A stretch of DNA of 64,000 nucleotides from Spirochaetia bacterium (GCA_965203515.1 OZ241907.1:288001-352000); one strand, 5' to 3'. Positions 36,976-46,528 are shown, counted from the stretch's first letter. Translations and numbers: made by a program. Notes: generated from the sequence alone by a model not told the origin.

Positions 36976-37701
36976 ATGCACACGCAGGACTCTCTGACCC
37001 GCGACCTGCGCGCGCTGGGCGTCCGCGCGGGCGACACGCTGTTCGTCCATTCCTCGTTCAAGAGTCTGGGCGAGGTAGCCGGGGGCGCGCAGGCGGTCGT
37101 CGACGCGCTGCTCGACGCGGTCGAGGACGGGCTGCTCCTGATGCCGTCCTTCAACCTGGAAGGCGGCCGGGACCGGCGCGCGGCGCGCTGGGACCCGGCG
37201 GCCACGCCGTCGTCGGTCGGCTGGCTCACCGAGTTCTTTCGCCGCCTGCCGGGTACGGTCCGGTCGGACCACTACTCGCACTCGGTCGCCGCGCACGGCC
37301 GGGACGCCGCGGCCATCGTCGACGGTCACCGCCGCGCCGAGGGGTTTCCGTCCCCGTGGGACCGGCCGCCGTGGGGCCGCACCTACGGGACGCACTCGCC
37401 CATGATCCGCGCCCGCGATCGGGGCGGCCGGCTGCTGATGCTCGGCGTCGATTACCGGTCGTCGACCTACGTTCACGTCGTGGAGGCGATGTGGTGGGCG
37501 GAGCGGCGGCGCTCCGACCCGACGGCGCCGTACGCCGGGCTCGATCGGCCGCGGCTCGGGGCGCTCTGGGACCGGACGGGACGCCTGCGCCGGGGGCGCG
37601 TGGGCAGCGCCGAGTGCCGGCTGTTCGGGATTCGCGACTACGTCGATACCCTGCTCGGCGTGGTGCGCGGCACGGGGAGGCGATGGACCACCGCGGCCTG
37701 A
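36976..37701 (+). CDS. AAC(3) / Antibiotic_NAT family N-acetyltransferase
   Basis: DL.ALGV..GD.LFVHSSFKSLG.V.GG, LLMPSF, G.L.E.FR..PG..RS.H..HS, LMLGVDY.S.T..H..E. Confidence 0.88.
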   Translation: MHTQDSLTRDLRALGVRAGDTLFVHSSFKSLGEVAGGAQAVVDALLDAVEDGLLLMPSFNLEGGRDRRAARWDPAATPSSVGWLTEFFRRLPGTVRSDHYSHSVAAHGRDAAAIVDGHRRAEGFPSPWDRPPWGRTYGTHSPMIRARDRGGRLLMLGVDYRSSTYVHVVEAMWWAERRRSDPTAPYAGLDRPRLGALWDRTGRLRRGRVGSAECRLFGIRDYVDTLLGVVRGTGRRWTTAA

Positions 37702-38615
37702 TCGTCATCAACGGCGCGGAGGTGCTGGCGCGGCCGGACGACCGCGGCCGCTACTGGCAGCGCATCCGCGCCGGGGGCGTGACCGCGTTCGCGGCGACCG
37801 CCGGCCGGGCGCAGTTCCCGGCGTGGTTCCGGCGCTTCCGCGACGACCACGGCCTGCTGCACGTGACCGAGGCCCGGCACGTCCGCGACGCCAAGGCCGC
37901 CGGCCGGCTGGGCGTCATCTTCCACGTGCAGAAACCGCCCCCGGAGCTGGCCGCCGACCCGGACGAGGCGTGGAACCTGCAGCGGCTCGGCGTGCGCATG
38001 CTGCAGCTCACCTACAACGAGCGCAGCCCGTTCGGCGACGGCTGCACGGAGCGCGCCGGCGGCGGCCTGAGCGACCTGGGGGCGCGCGCGGTGGCGGCGC
38101 TGAACGAGGCGGGCGTGCTCATCGACGTGTCGCACGCCGGGCACCGGACGGCGCTGGACATCGTGGCCGCCTCGTCGCAGCCGGTGGTCGCCAGCCACTG
38201 CAACGCTTACGCGGTCTGCCCCAATCCGCGCAACCTCCGCGACGAGGCGATCGCCGCGATCGCCGAACGGGGCGGCGTGATCGGCGTGACCGCCTTTCCG
38301 AGCCTGGTGCGCTGGCGGGAGCCGACGCTGGAACGGATGCTCGACCACGTCGACCACGTGGCCGCCCTGGTCGGGATCGAGCACGTGGGATTCGGGCTCG
38401 ACTTCTGCTCGATTTCGCAGGCGAGCTGGGATTCCGGCCGATTCAGCCCGGCCGCCTACCCGCCGCCGCCGTGGGTCTTTCCGGCCGGCATCGCCGGTCC
38501 CGACGAGCTGCCCAACCTGACCGCCGGTCTGGTGCGGCGCGGCTGCGGCCAAGCGGCGATCCGCGGCGTCATGGGCGGGAACCTGCTGCGGCTGTTCGAG
38601 GCGGTCTGGCGCTGA
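37683..38615 (+). CDS. Membrane dipeptidase (M19) family protein
   Basis: GVRMLQLTYN, GLS.LG...V..LN..G.LIDVSH, ASH.N, RNL.D, GIEHVG.GLDF, GGNLLR. Confidence 0.88.
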   Translation: MDHRGLIVINGAEVLARPDDRGRYWQRIRAGGVTAFAATAGRAQFPAWFRRFRDDHGLLHVTEARHVRDAKAAGRLGVIFHVQKPPPELAADPDEAWNLQRLGVRMLQLTYNERSPFGDGCTERAGGGLSDLGARAVAALNEAGVLIDVSHAGHRTALDIVAASSQPVVASHCNAYAVCPNPRNLRDEAIAAIAERGGVIGVTAFPSLVRWREPTLERMLDHVDHVAALVGIEHVGFGLDFCSISQASWDSGRFSPAAYPPPPWVFPAGIAGPDELPNLTAGLVRRGCGQAAIRGVMGGNLLRLFEAVWR

Positions 38616-38642
38616 CGCCGGGCGCCGCCGGCGGCGGGCCGC

Positions 38643-39566
38643 TCAGCCCTTCAGCGAACCGAGCATCACCCCCTTGGCGAAGTGCTTCTGGACGAACGGG
38701 TAGACGAACACGATCGGGCCGATCGTGAGCAGGACGGTGGCAGCCCGCGCCGCCTGGGTGGGGATGCGCATCATCGCGCGGAATTCCTCGGACTGGCGCA
38801 GCTCCTCGTTCAGCTCGGCGATGAACTCATCGGCGGTCTGCAGCAGGTTTAGGTCAACTATCATGTCGCGGATCAGCGTCTGCAGCACGCGCAATCGTTC
38901 ATCGTTGACGTAGACCAAGGGCAGGAAGTAATCGTTCCAGTGAAAGACCGCCGCGAACAGCGCGATGGTCGCCAGCACCGGTTTCGACAGCGGCATGATG
39001 ATCTGGAACAGCACGCGCCAGTAGCCGGAGCCGTCTATGACCGCCGATTCCTCCAGCGAGTCGTCGATCGTCATCAGGAAGTTGCGGCAGATGATGATGT
39101 AGAAGGCGCTCATCGCCGGCAACAGGATCAGCGCCAGCCGGGTGTTGTTGAGGCCGAGCGAGCGCACCACCAGGTAGGTGGGAACCATCCCGCCCTGGAA
39201 GAACAGGGTCAACACGAACAGGAACGTCAGCGCCCGCCGGCCGGGCAACAGCTTCTTGGAGAGCGCGTAGCCGGCGCTGAAGGTGACCAGCAGGATCGCC
39301 GCCGTGCCCGCCGCCGTCCGGAAGATGGCGTTGAAGTAGGCCAGTCCGATGTCGCCCTGCAGGACGAATCCCCACGCTTCCGTGTGCCAGGCGTCGAGCC
39401 AGAGCCGCAACCGCAGGCTGTTGACCTCGTCGATCGAGGAGAAGGACTGCAATATCAGCGTCCAGAACGGATAGGCGACCGACACGGCGAACAGCGCCAG
39501 GAACAGGTAGTTGGCGCCGTCGAACAGTCGGCCGGAGACGGACGTGCGGTTCGCTACGATGGCCAT
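38643..39566 (-). CDS. Carbohydrate ABC transporter permease (LplC/MalG-like)
   Basis: YALSK, FFQGGMVPTYLVV, LEESA.IDG, PLSKP.LATIALF.AV.HWN, YPFVQKHF.KGVMLGSLKG. Confidence 0.93.
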   Translation of the reverse strand: MAIVANRTSVSGRLFDGANYLFLALFAVSVAYPFWTLILQSFSSIDEVNSLRLRLWLDAWHTEAWGFVLQGDIGLAYFNAIFRTAAGTAAILLVTFSAGYALSKKLLPGRRALTFLFVLTLFFQGGMVPTYLVVRSLGLNNTRLALILLPAMSAFYIIICRNFLMTIDDSLEESAVIDGSGYWRVLFQIIMPLSKPVLATIALFAAVFHWNDYFLPLVYVNDERLRVLQTLIRDMIVDLNLLQTADEFIAELNEELRQSEEFRAMMRIPTQAARAATVLLTIGPIVFVYPFVQKHFAKGVMLGSLKG

Positions 39567-39571
39567 CTGCG

Positions 39572-40558
39572 CTACCAGACGCTGAAGTCGTTGTAGCGGC
39601 GAATGATCTGGTTGACGATGATCAGGAGCGCCAGGCCCAGCACGTTCTGGAACAGCCCGACCGCCGTGGCATAGTCGAAATCGCCGCCCTGGATGCCGAC
39701 GCGGAAGATGTAGGTCTCCATGATGTCGCCGACTTCGTAGACGACCGGGTTGTACATCATGAATACCTGTTCGAAGCTGTGTTCGAAGAAGTTTCCCAGC
39801 CGCAGCAGGAACAGGACGGTGATCACCGGCACCAGCGACGGCAGCGTGATGTGGATGGCGTTCTGCCAGCGGCTCGATCCGTCGATGGCGCCCGCCTCGT
39901 AGAGCTGCGGGTCGATCCCCGACAGGGCGGCCAGATAGAGGATCGATCCCCAGCCCACGCTCTGCCAGATGGCGGTGCCGACCAGGAGCGCCCGGAACGT
40001 CTCCACTTGGGTGAACCAGTTGACCGGGTCCCAGCCGAGCTGCGTGAACGCCCAGCCGGCGAAGCCGGTGCTCGGCGACAGGAACTCCTTCAGGATGCCG
40101 GCCAGCACCACCCACGACACGAAGTGGGGCAGGTAGCTGATCGACTGGACCACCCGTTTGTAGATCGTGCGCCGCACCTCGTTGAGCAGTAGCGCCAGGA
40201 CGATCGGCGCCGGAAACGTGATCGCCAGATGCAGCAGGCTGAGGATGACGGTGTTGCGGAATACGCGCAGGAAGAAGTGTTCCCGGAACAGGCGGCGGAA
40301 GTGCGCGAAGTCGTTCCAGGTGCTGCCCAGGATGCCGTCGTAGTAGTTGAAGTCCAGGAACGAGATCGATACGCCCCAGATCGGCGCGTACTTGAAGACG
40401 ACCAGCAACGCGAACGCCGGCAGCAGCAGCCCGTAGAAGGAGCGCATGCGCCACGCCCGGGCGCGGGTCTGCCTGCGCAGGACGCGCTTGACCTGCGCGG
40501 CCAGCTCGGCGGACGCCGGTTGGGCGGCGGTAGCTGTAACAGGGGGGGGGGTCGCCAT
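39572..40558 (-). CDS. Carbohydrate ABC transporter permease (LplB-like)
   Basis: FKY.PI.G, PAPIVLALLLNE, SYLPHFVSWVV, GWGSILYLAAL.GID..LYEA..IDG, TAVGLF. Confidence 0.93.
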   Translation of the reverse strand: MATPPPVTATAAQPASAELAAQVKRVLRRQTRARAWRMRSFYGLLLPAFALLVVFKYAPIWGVSISFLDFNYYDGILGSTWNDFAHFRRLFREHFFLRVFRNTVILSLLHLAITFPAPIVLALLLNEVRRTIYKRVVQSISYLPHFVSWVVLAGILKEFLSPSTGFAGWAFTQLGWDPVNWFTQVETFRALLVGTAIWQSVGWGSILYLAALSGIDPQLYEAGAIDGSSRWQNAIHITLPSLVPVITVLFLLRLGNFFEHSFEQVFMMYNPVVYEVGDIMETYIFRVGIQGGDFDYATAVGLFQNVLGLALLIIVNQIIRRYNDFSVW

Positions 40559-40672
40559 CAGTGCAGGTCGGGTCAGCCGGGGAAGCGCCGGAAGCCACCG
40601 TACTCTACGACGGCGGGGGCGGGCCGGCAACCCGCCGCGGCCGGCCGGCCATCCTGTCGGATGATTCCGCAG

Positions 40673-41056
40673 CTACCGGATATAGTAGCCGATCACGCGC
40701 CACGCGCCGCCGCTCTCCCCGGCGCCTTGGTCCCAGGCGGCCGTGACCGTCTCCACGGCCGCCCGCTTGCGCTCGTAGGACGCGGCGAACCGCATCATCC
40801 AGTAGCGCCCATCCGGCGCGCCGGGCAGCGTCTCATGGTGGTCGGCGCCGTCGAGCGATCGGGACACCGGCGCGCCCATCGGCGCCAGCGTCGAGCGCAG
40901 CACCTCGGCCAGCCGGTCCGGGCTCACCGCCCCGCGCATCAGCGCCGCGCCGTTCTCCCAGCACGCCCGATACTCGCCCGCGTCGAGCAGCGCCAGCCAC
41001 GCCCGGGCGGCCGCTACCGCCTCGTCCCGTCCGGTCTTCTCGGCGCCTCCGCTCAC
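40673..41056 (-). CDS. DUF4019-like protein
   Basis: GTGA overlap; A.AWL.LLD.G.Y...W, LPGAPDGRY, AVETVT, WRV.GYYIR. Confidence 0.75.
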   Translation of the reverse strand: MSGGAEKTGRDEAVAAARAWLALLDAGEYRACWENGAALMRGAVSPDRLAEVLRSTLAPMGAPVSRSLDGADHHETLPGAPDGRYWMMRFAASYERKRAAVETVTAAWDQGAGESGGAWRVIGYYIR

Positions 41057-42048
41057 GTGAGGCGTCCGGTGATCAGGCCGCGCGGCTCCTCGCCGCGGGC
41101 GATCCGGTCCAGGTTGTCGGCGGCGAAGCGCGCCCGGTTGTCGGTGGTCGATTCGGTGCCGCCGGCCGTGTGCGGCGTGGCGTACACGTTCGGCAGCGCG
41201 AACACCGGTTGGGTGCTGTCGGGCGGCTCCTGCTCGAACACGTCGAGCCCCGCGCCGCCCAGGTTGCCGGCCAGCAGCGCGGCGTAGAGCGCCTGCTCGT
41301 CGATCAGCGCCCCGCGCGCGACGTTGATCACCCACGCGGTCGGCTTGAGCAGACCGATGCGGCGCCGGTCGATGACGTGGCGCGTGCCCCGATGCAGGTG
41401 CAGGTGCACGGACAGAATGTCGCACTCCGCGATGACGTCGTCCAGATCTTCGGGCGACCCCAGGAACTCCAGCGGCACCTGGTCGAGCACCTCGGTGGGG
41501 ATCATCCGCACGTCGATGGCGGAAATCCTGATCCCGAACGGATGGGCGCGCAGGGCGAGCTGCAGGCCGCTGGCGCCGTAGCCGACGATCGCCAGCTTCT
41601 TGCCGTCCAGACGCAGGCCCTCCGGATCGTAATAGGCGCCGCCGTGGAAGTTCTCCGCCGCCGTCTTGTACCGGCCGGCCAGCAGCAGGATGAACATCAT
41701 GGCGCTCTGCGCCAGCGCTTCCGCGCTCAGGTGACCGGGGCAGTGGGACAGGGTGATCCCCCGGTCCAGGACATGCTCGACCTCGACGTGGTCCAGGCCG
41801 TTGGTCTGCACCTGGAAGTGGCGCACGCCCGCCGCCGCGGCAAGGTCGATCTTCTCCCTGCTGGCGTTGCCGCCCATGTCGACCACGACCTCGATCCCCT
41901 CGAACTGCGGCGCCGCCGGCAGCGCCTCGTCGAACGCCCGGGTGTCGTGCCGTTCGCTGACCGCCGCCAGATGGCGGTAGGTGCGGCCGTCGGTAACCGG
42001 TACGCCCGGTTGCGGGAGGAAGAGCACTCGAAGACGTCGTTCAGGCAT
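41053..42048 (-). CDS. D-2-hydroxyacid dehydrogenase family protein
   Basis: G.DHV, LDGKKLAIVGYG.SG, D.LSVH, INVARG.LIDE, GAGLDVFE.EP, TPHTAG; start 42048 or 42072. Confidence 0.9.
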   Translation of the reverse strand: MPERRLRVLFLPQPGVPVTDGRTYRHLAAVSERHDTRAFDEALPAAPQFEGIEVVVDMGGNASREKIDLAAAAGVRHFQVQTNGLDHVEVEHVLDRGITLSHCPGHLSAEALAQSAMMFILLLAGRYKTAAENFHGGAYYDPEGLRLDGKKLAIVGYGASGLQLALRAHPFGIRISAIDVRMIPTEVLDQVPLEFLGSPEDLDDVIAECDILSVHLHLHRGTRHVIDRRRIGLLKPTAWVINVARGALIDEQALYAALLAGNLGGAGLDVFEQEPPDSTQPVFALPNVYATPHTAGGTESTTDNRARFAADNLDRIARGEEPRGLITGRLT

Positions 42049-43129
42049 GTCGAGCGCATCATGGACGGTCACCGGCGGGTGCTGCTACCCTCCGTCCGCA
42101 ATCGCCCGCACCCTCACCGCGTACGTCGCGCTCAGCGGCGAAGACCGCATCGCGCGGCTGGCGCTCGACCCCGACCGCGGGACGCTCCGTCCCGCCGGCT
42201 CGTACCCGGTGGCCGGTCGACCCGCGCCGATGGCGTTCGCCCCGGACGGGCGCGTGCTGTACGTCAGCCGGCGGCGCGACGAGCGCATCAGCACCCTGCG
42301 GATCGCGCGCGACGGGAGCCTCATCCACGCCGGCGACCTCGAAACCCCGTCGGGGGCGTGCTACGTGGCGACCGACCGCACCGGCCGCTTCCTGCTCTCC
42401 GCCTACTACGCGGACGGCGCCGTGGCCGTGCACGGCATCGGCGATGACGGCGTCGCCGCCGGCGCGCCGCTCTGCCGGTCCGCCACCGGCGTCGGCGCCC
42501 ACATTCTGGAGACCGATCGCACCAACCGCTACGCCTTCGCCTGCACCATCGCCAAGCCGGTCGGCTCCAACGCCGTCCACCAGTTCCGGTTCGACGCACG
42601 GACCGGCGCGCTGCGGCCCAACGCCCCGCCGCGGCTGATCGGCCAGGACGGCTGCGGGCCGCGCCACTTCTGCTTCCATCCGCGGCTGCCGCTGATGTAC
42701 GTCTCCAACGAGCAGGGCGGGAGCGTCACGGCGTACCGCCTCGACCCCGCCGACGGCACCTTGACCCGGTGGCGCACGGTCTCCACGCTGCCGCCCGGCC
42801 ATGAGGGCGAAAACGCCTGCGCGCAGATCCGCATCACGCCCGACGGCGCCAGCCTGTTCGCGCCGAACCGCGGCCACGACAGCATCGCCAACTTCGCGCT
42901 CGACCCGCGGACCGGCGCGCCGGCGCTGCGGGAGATCGTGCCGACCGAGCCGGTGCCGCGCGCCTGCCAGCTCGATCCGGCAGGCCGGCTGCTGCTGGCC
43001 GCCGGACTCGAATCGGGCCGGATCGCCGTCTACCGGATTGAGCCGGGGGACGGGCGGCTGACCCCGCTGACGATGACCGAGGTGGGCGCGTCCCCCATGT
43101 GGATACTGGTCCGCCGCGCTTGGCAATGA
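42047..43129 (+). CDS. Lactonase, 7-bladed beta-propeller (6-phosphogluconolactonase family)
   Basis: D.TGRFLL.A.Y..G.V, GPRHF.FHP, YV.NE, STLP, A.I.ITPDG, NRGHDSI, PR...LDP.G; start codon uncertain. Confidence 0.85.
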   Translation: MSSASWTVTGGCCYPPSAIARTLTAYVALSGEDRIARLALDPDRGTLRPAGSYPVAGRPAPMAFAPDGRVLYVSRRRDERISTLRIARDGSLIHAGDLETPSGACYVATDRTGRFLLSAYYADGAVAVHGIGDDGVAAGAPLCRSATGVGAHILETDRTNRYAFACTIAKPVGSNAVHQFRFDARTGALRPNAPPRLIGQDGCGPRHFCFHPRLPLMYVSNEQGGSVTAYRLDPADGTLTRWRTVSTLPPGHEGENACAQIRITPDGASLFAPNRGHDSIANFALDPRTGAPALREIVPTEPVPRACQLDPAGRLLLAAGLESGRIAVYRIEPGDGRLTPLTMTEVGASPMWILVRRAWQ

Positions 43130-43184
43130 CTGCCGGAAAAGGACCACCGAAAAAGACCACGAACCACGAAAAGGAGTTGCACGC

Positions 43185-44042
43185 ATGACCCTGGGACTCG
43201 ACGACTATCGCTACCGGCCCGTGCCCGACTGGGGCGACCCGGCCGCCCGCGCGCAGCTCGGCATCGTCACCGCGGTGGCGACCGACGCGAACGACCGCGT
43301 GTACGTCGCCGACCGGGAGCCGAACGACGTGATCCGCGTGTTCGAGCGCGACGGCGCCTACGTGGAGACCTGGGGCCAGGATTTCCTCAAGCGGCCTCAC
43401 TCGATCTGGATCGGTCCCGACCAGCTCGCCTATATCACCGACATCCTCAACCACACGGTCGAAATCTGCCGGCTGGACGGCACCGTCGTGCAGACCATCG
43501 GCAGCCGCGGCCGGCCGGGAGCGCCGGGCGCGCCCTTCAACCGGCCGACCTGGGCGGTGCGGGCGCCGTGGGGCGACCTCTACGTCGCCGACGGCTACGG
43601 CCAGCAACGCATGCACCGCTTCACCCCGGAGGGCGATCTGGTCCGTTCCTGGGGGATGGAGGGCGGCGGCCCCGGGCAGTTCCGGTTGCCGCATTGCGTC
43701 AAGGTCGACCCGCGCGGGCGGCTGCTGGTGATCGATCGCACCAACGAGCGCATCCAGGTCTTCGACCGGGAAGGCGGCTTCATCGAGGAATGGACCGAGG
43801 TGCGGGCGGCCAACGATCTGGTGATCGACGATCGGGGGGTCATCCACCTGGCGGAGGCCGCCGGGACCGTGGCGCTGATCGATCCGGACGGCCGCGTCAT
43901 CGGCCGGTGGGGCCGGAAGGGGAGCGAGCCGGGCCAGTTCGTGGGCGCTCCGCACGGCATCTGGGAGGATTCGCGCGGCGACCTCTATGTCTGCGAGGTC
44001 CCCTTCGAACGCGACCGGCTGCAGAAGTTCGAACGGGTGTAG
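43185..44042 (+). CDS. NHL-repeat beta-propeller (peptidyl-alpha-hydroxyglycine lyase-like)
   Basis: SD AAGGAG; repeats such as FNRPT.., LYVADGYG, GPGQFRLPH, DR.N.RIQVFD, PHGI..DS.GDLYV.E. Confidence 0.88.
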   Translation: MTLGLDDYRYRPVPDWGDPAARAQLGIVTAVATDANDRVYVADREPNDVIRVFERDGAYVETWGQDFLKRPHSIWIGPDQLAYITDILNHTVEICRLDGTVVQTIGSRGRPGAPGAPFNRPTWAVRAPWGDLYVADGYGQQRMHRFTPEGDLVRSWGMEGGGPGQFRLPHCVKVDPRGRLLVIDRTNERIQVFDREGGFIEEWTEVRAANDLVIDDRGVIHLAEAAGTVALIDPDGRVIGRWGRKGSEPGQFVGAPHGIWEDSRGDLYVCEVPFERDRLQKFERV

Positions 44043-44046
44043 CGGC

Positions 44047-45174
44047 ATGTACAAGGTCGCCCTGATCGGCACCGGCCGCGTCGGCTATCAGTTCAGCTTC
44101 GGCGGCCTGCCGGACAACCATGCCGCCGCGGTGGCGGCAAGCGACCGGTGCCGGTTGACGGCGGGCGTCAACCGCGGGCGCGAAAAGCTGGTCGAGTTCG
44201 GCGCGCGCTTCGGCGTGGAGGCGCTCTATCACGACCACCGGCGGATGCTCGCGGAGTCCGCCCCGGAGATATGCATCGTCGCCACCCATCCGGAGCTGCA
44301 CTGCGGCATGGTGGAGGACTGCGCGGCCGCCCCGGCCACGCGCGCGATCATCTGCGAGAAGCCGATGGCGCTGTCGCTCGGCGAGTGCGACCGGATGATC
44401 GCCGCCTGCGAGCGCGCCGGCGTGCTGCTTCAGATCAACCACAACCGGCGCTGGCATCCGGAGTGGATCAAGGCGAAGGAGTTGGTGGATGCCGGCGCCA
44501 TCGGCCGGTTGAACTACATCCGGTGCTCCATGGACGGCGGCAAGCCGGCGCCGTCCTGGCGGAGCGAGCGCGAGGGGCCGCTGCTGCACGACTTCACCCA
44601 CTACTTCGACCTGCTCGACCTGTTCGCCGGCGAGGTCGAGTGGCTGTGCGGCATGGCCGAGCAGCGCTCCCGCCCGTGGCCGGTGGAGGACTTCAGCGCC
44701 GCGTTCATGAAGTTCAAGTCGGGGGTGACCGGCATCGTGCACGGCGCGGAGCTGACCGACTACGAGCACCACTCGTTCCGGTTGAGCGGCTCGACCGGCG
44801 TGATCCGCATGCCGGCCGAACAGGTGCGCCTGTACCGGTCGCAGCCCGGCGAGGTGGAGCCCGACAGCGGCTTTGCGTGGCGGGAGCTGGCCGAGGAGCC
44901 GGTCGACCGCCCGGCCGCGGCGTCGACCTACTCCCGCGCCCTCGACGAGCTGATAGACGCGCTGGAGGGGACGGCGACGCTGTGCAGCGACGGGCGCGTG
45001 GGCCGCCGCTCGTTGGAGATGATCACGGCGGTCTATCGGTCGCAGCTCGATGGCAACCGCCCGGTCGCCTTTCCGGTCGCCATGGCCGAATCGGGCGTGC
45101 AGGCGCTGCGCGCCGCCGGTCAGTTCGTGGCCGCCGGGCAATCCGACGCCGGGAGCCGGGGAGCGCGCCCGTGA
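44047..45174 (+). CDS. Gfo/Idh/MocA oxidoreductase
   Basis: ALIG.G.VG, VATHP..H, ICEKPMA, NHNRRW, H..HYFDL. Confidence 0.9.
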   Translation: MYKVALIGTGRVGYQFSFGGLPDNHAAAVAASDRCRLTAGVNRGREKLVEFGARFGVEALYHDHRRMLAESAPEICIVATHPELHCGMVEDCAAAPATRAIICEKPMALSLGECDRMIAACERAGVLLQINHNRRWHPEWIKAKELVDAGAIGRLNYIRCSMDGGKPAPSWRSEREGPLLHDFTHYFDLLDLFAGEVEWLCGMAEQRSRPWPVEDFSAAFMKFKSGVTGIVHGAELTDYEHHSFRLSGSTGVIRMPAEQVRLYRSQPGEVEPDSGFAWRELAEEPVDRPAAASTYSRALDELIDALEGTATLCSDGRVGRRSLEMITAVYRSQLDGNRPVAFPVAMAESGVQALRAAGQFVAAGQSDAGSRGARP

Positions 45175-46502
45175 GCGTCGACCGCATGGAGCGCGGGCCG
45201 GGCGGTTGCTGCATCTGCGGGCTGCAGTTCGGGGACGAGGGCAAGGGGCAGATCGTCGACTACCTGGCCGGCGACTTCGACGTGGTGGTTCGCTACAACG
45301 GGGGCGCCAACGCCGGCCACTCGGTGTGGCTCGGCGACCGGCGCAAGGCGTTTCACCTCATGCCGTCCGGCATCCTGCGCGACGGCGTGCTCAACGTGAT
45401 CGGCAACGGGACCGCCGTGGACCCCGCGCAGCTCCTCGATGAGATCGACGATCTGGAGCGCGAGGGCCATGCGGTCGCCCCGGAGCGGCTGGCGATCAGC
45501 GATCGCGCCCATGTGGTGATGCCGTACCACGTGATCGAGGACGAGCTGATGGACCGCGCCTTCGCGTCCGGAGAAGACGGCGAGCTCGGCACCACGCGGC
45601 GCGGCATCGGCCCGTGCTACGCGGACAAGGCGCACCGCGTCACCGCCGTGCGCATGGCCGACGTGCGGGATCAGGCCTACCTGGCAGCGCGCCTGCCGCG
45701 TCTGGTAGCGCTCAAGAACGGCGTGCTCGGCGCCCTTGCCGCCGCCTCGGGGCGGCCCTTCGAGCCGCTCGCCTGCGAACCGATCGCCGCACGGTGCGCG
45801 GCCTGGGGAAGCCGGCTGGCCCCCTACGTCACCGACACCGCGCACCTGCTCGACACGGCATGGCGGAGCGGCCGGCGCATCCTGTTCGAGGGCGCGCACG
45901 CCGCGCTGCTCGACGTCGACTTCGGCACCTATCCCTACTGCACGTCGAGCGTCTGCTCGCCGGGCGGCGCGCTCGCCGGGACCGGTCTGACGGCCGATTG
46001 CCTGGGCACGGTCGTCGGCGTGGCCAAGCTCTACATGAGCAGGGTAGGGGCCGGTCCGTTTCCGACGGAGTTGCGGGGCGACGCGGCCGATCGGGTCAGA
46101 GACGCCGGCAACGAATACGGCACCTCCACCGGACGGCCGCGCCGCATCGGCTGGCTCGATCTGGTCGCCCTCCGGCAGACCGCCCAGGTGACCGGAGTCA
46201 CCGCGCTGGCCGTGACCGGTCTGGGCGTGCTGTCGACCCTCTCCGAGCTGCGGGTCTGCGTGGGCTACTCGCTCGGCGGGGAACGGATCGACCGCGTCCC
46301 CGCCAACGCGCGGCGCCTCGGCGACGTGCGGCCTCACTACGAGGAGCTGGAGCCGGTCGGCGGTCCGCTCGACGGCGTGCGCCGGCGCGCCGACCTGCCG
46401 GGCGGGGCGCGGCGGCTCATCGATCGGGTGGAGTCCTACGTGGGCGTGCCGGTCCGCTACCTCTGCGTCAGCAAGGGGCGTTCGGGAGTGATCTGCGCAT
46501 AG
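45171..46502 (+). CDS. purA: Adenylosuccinate synthetase-like protein (atypical PurA paralogue)
   Basis: GTGA overlap; QFGDEGKG, GG.NAGH, GTT.RGIGP.Y.DK, GTYPY.TSS, RVG.GPFPTE, TGR.RR.GWLD; GTP-pocket motifs altered (see findings). Confidence 0.85.
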   Translation: MSVDRMERGPGGCCICGLQFGDEGKGQIVDYLAGDFDVVVRYNGGANAGHSVWLGDRRKAFHLMPSGILRDGVLNVIGNGTAVDPAQLLDEIDDLEREGHAVAPERLAISDRAHVVMPYHVIEDELMDRAFASGEDGELGTTRRGIGPCYADKAHRVTAVRMADVRDQAYLAARLPRLVALKNGVLGALAAASGRPFEPLACEPIAARCAAWGSRLAPYVTDTAHLLDTAWRSGRRILFEGAHAALLDVDFGTYPYCTSSVCSPGGALAGTGLTADCLGTVVGVAKLYMSRVGAGPFPTELRGDAADRVRDAGNEYGTSTGRPRRIGWLDLVALRQTAQVTGVTALAVTGLGVLSTLSELRVCVGYSLGGERIDRVPANARRLGDVRPHYEELEPVGGPLDGVRRRADLPGGARRLIDRVESYVGVPVRYLCVSKGRSGVICA

Positions 46503-46528
46503 CGCTTGATCCTGCTATCGTGTCCGTC

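Noticed and set aside
45171..46502. Calling the gene purZ (2-aminoadenine DNA pathway)
   Set aside because: Catalytic Asp in GDEGKG is retained (PurZ has Ser), and there is no datZ/mazZ, polymerase or phage context
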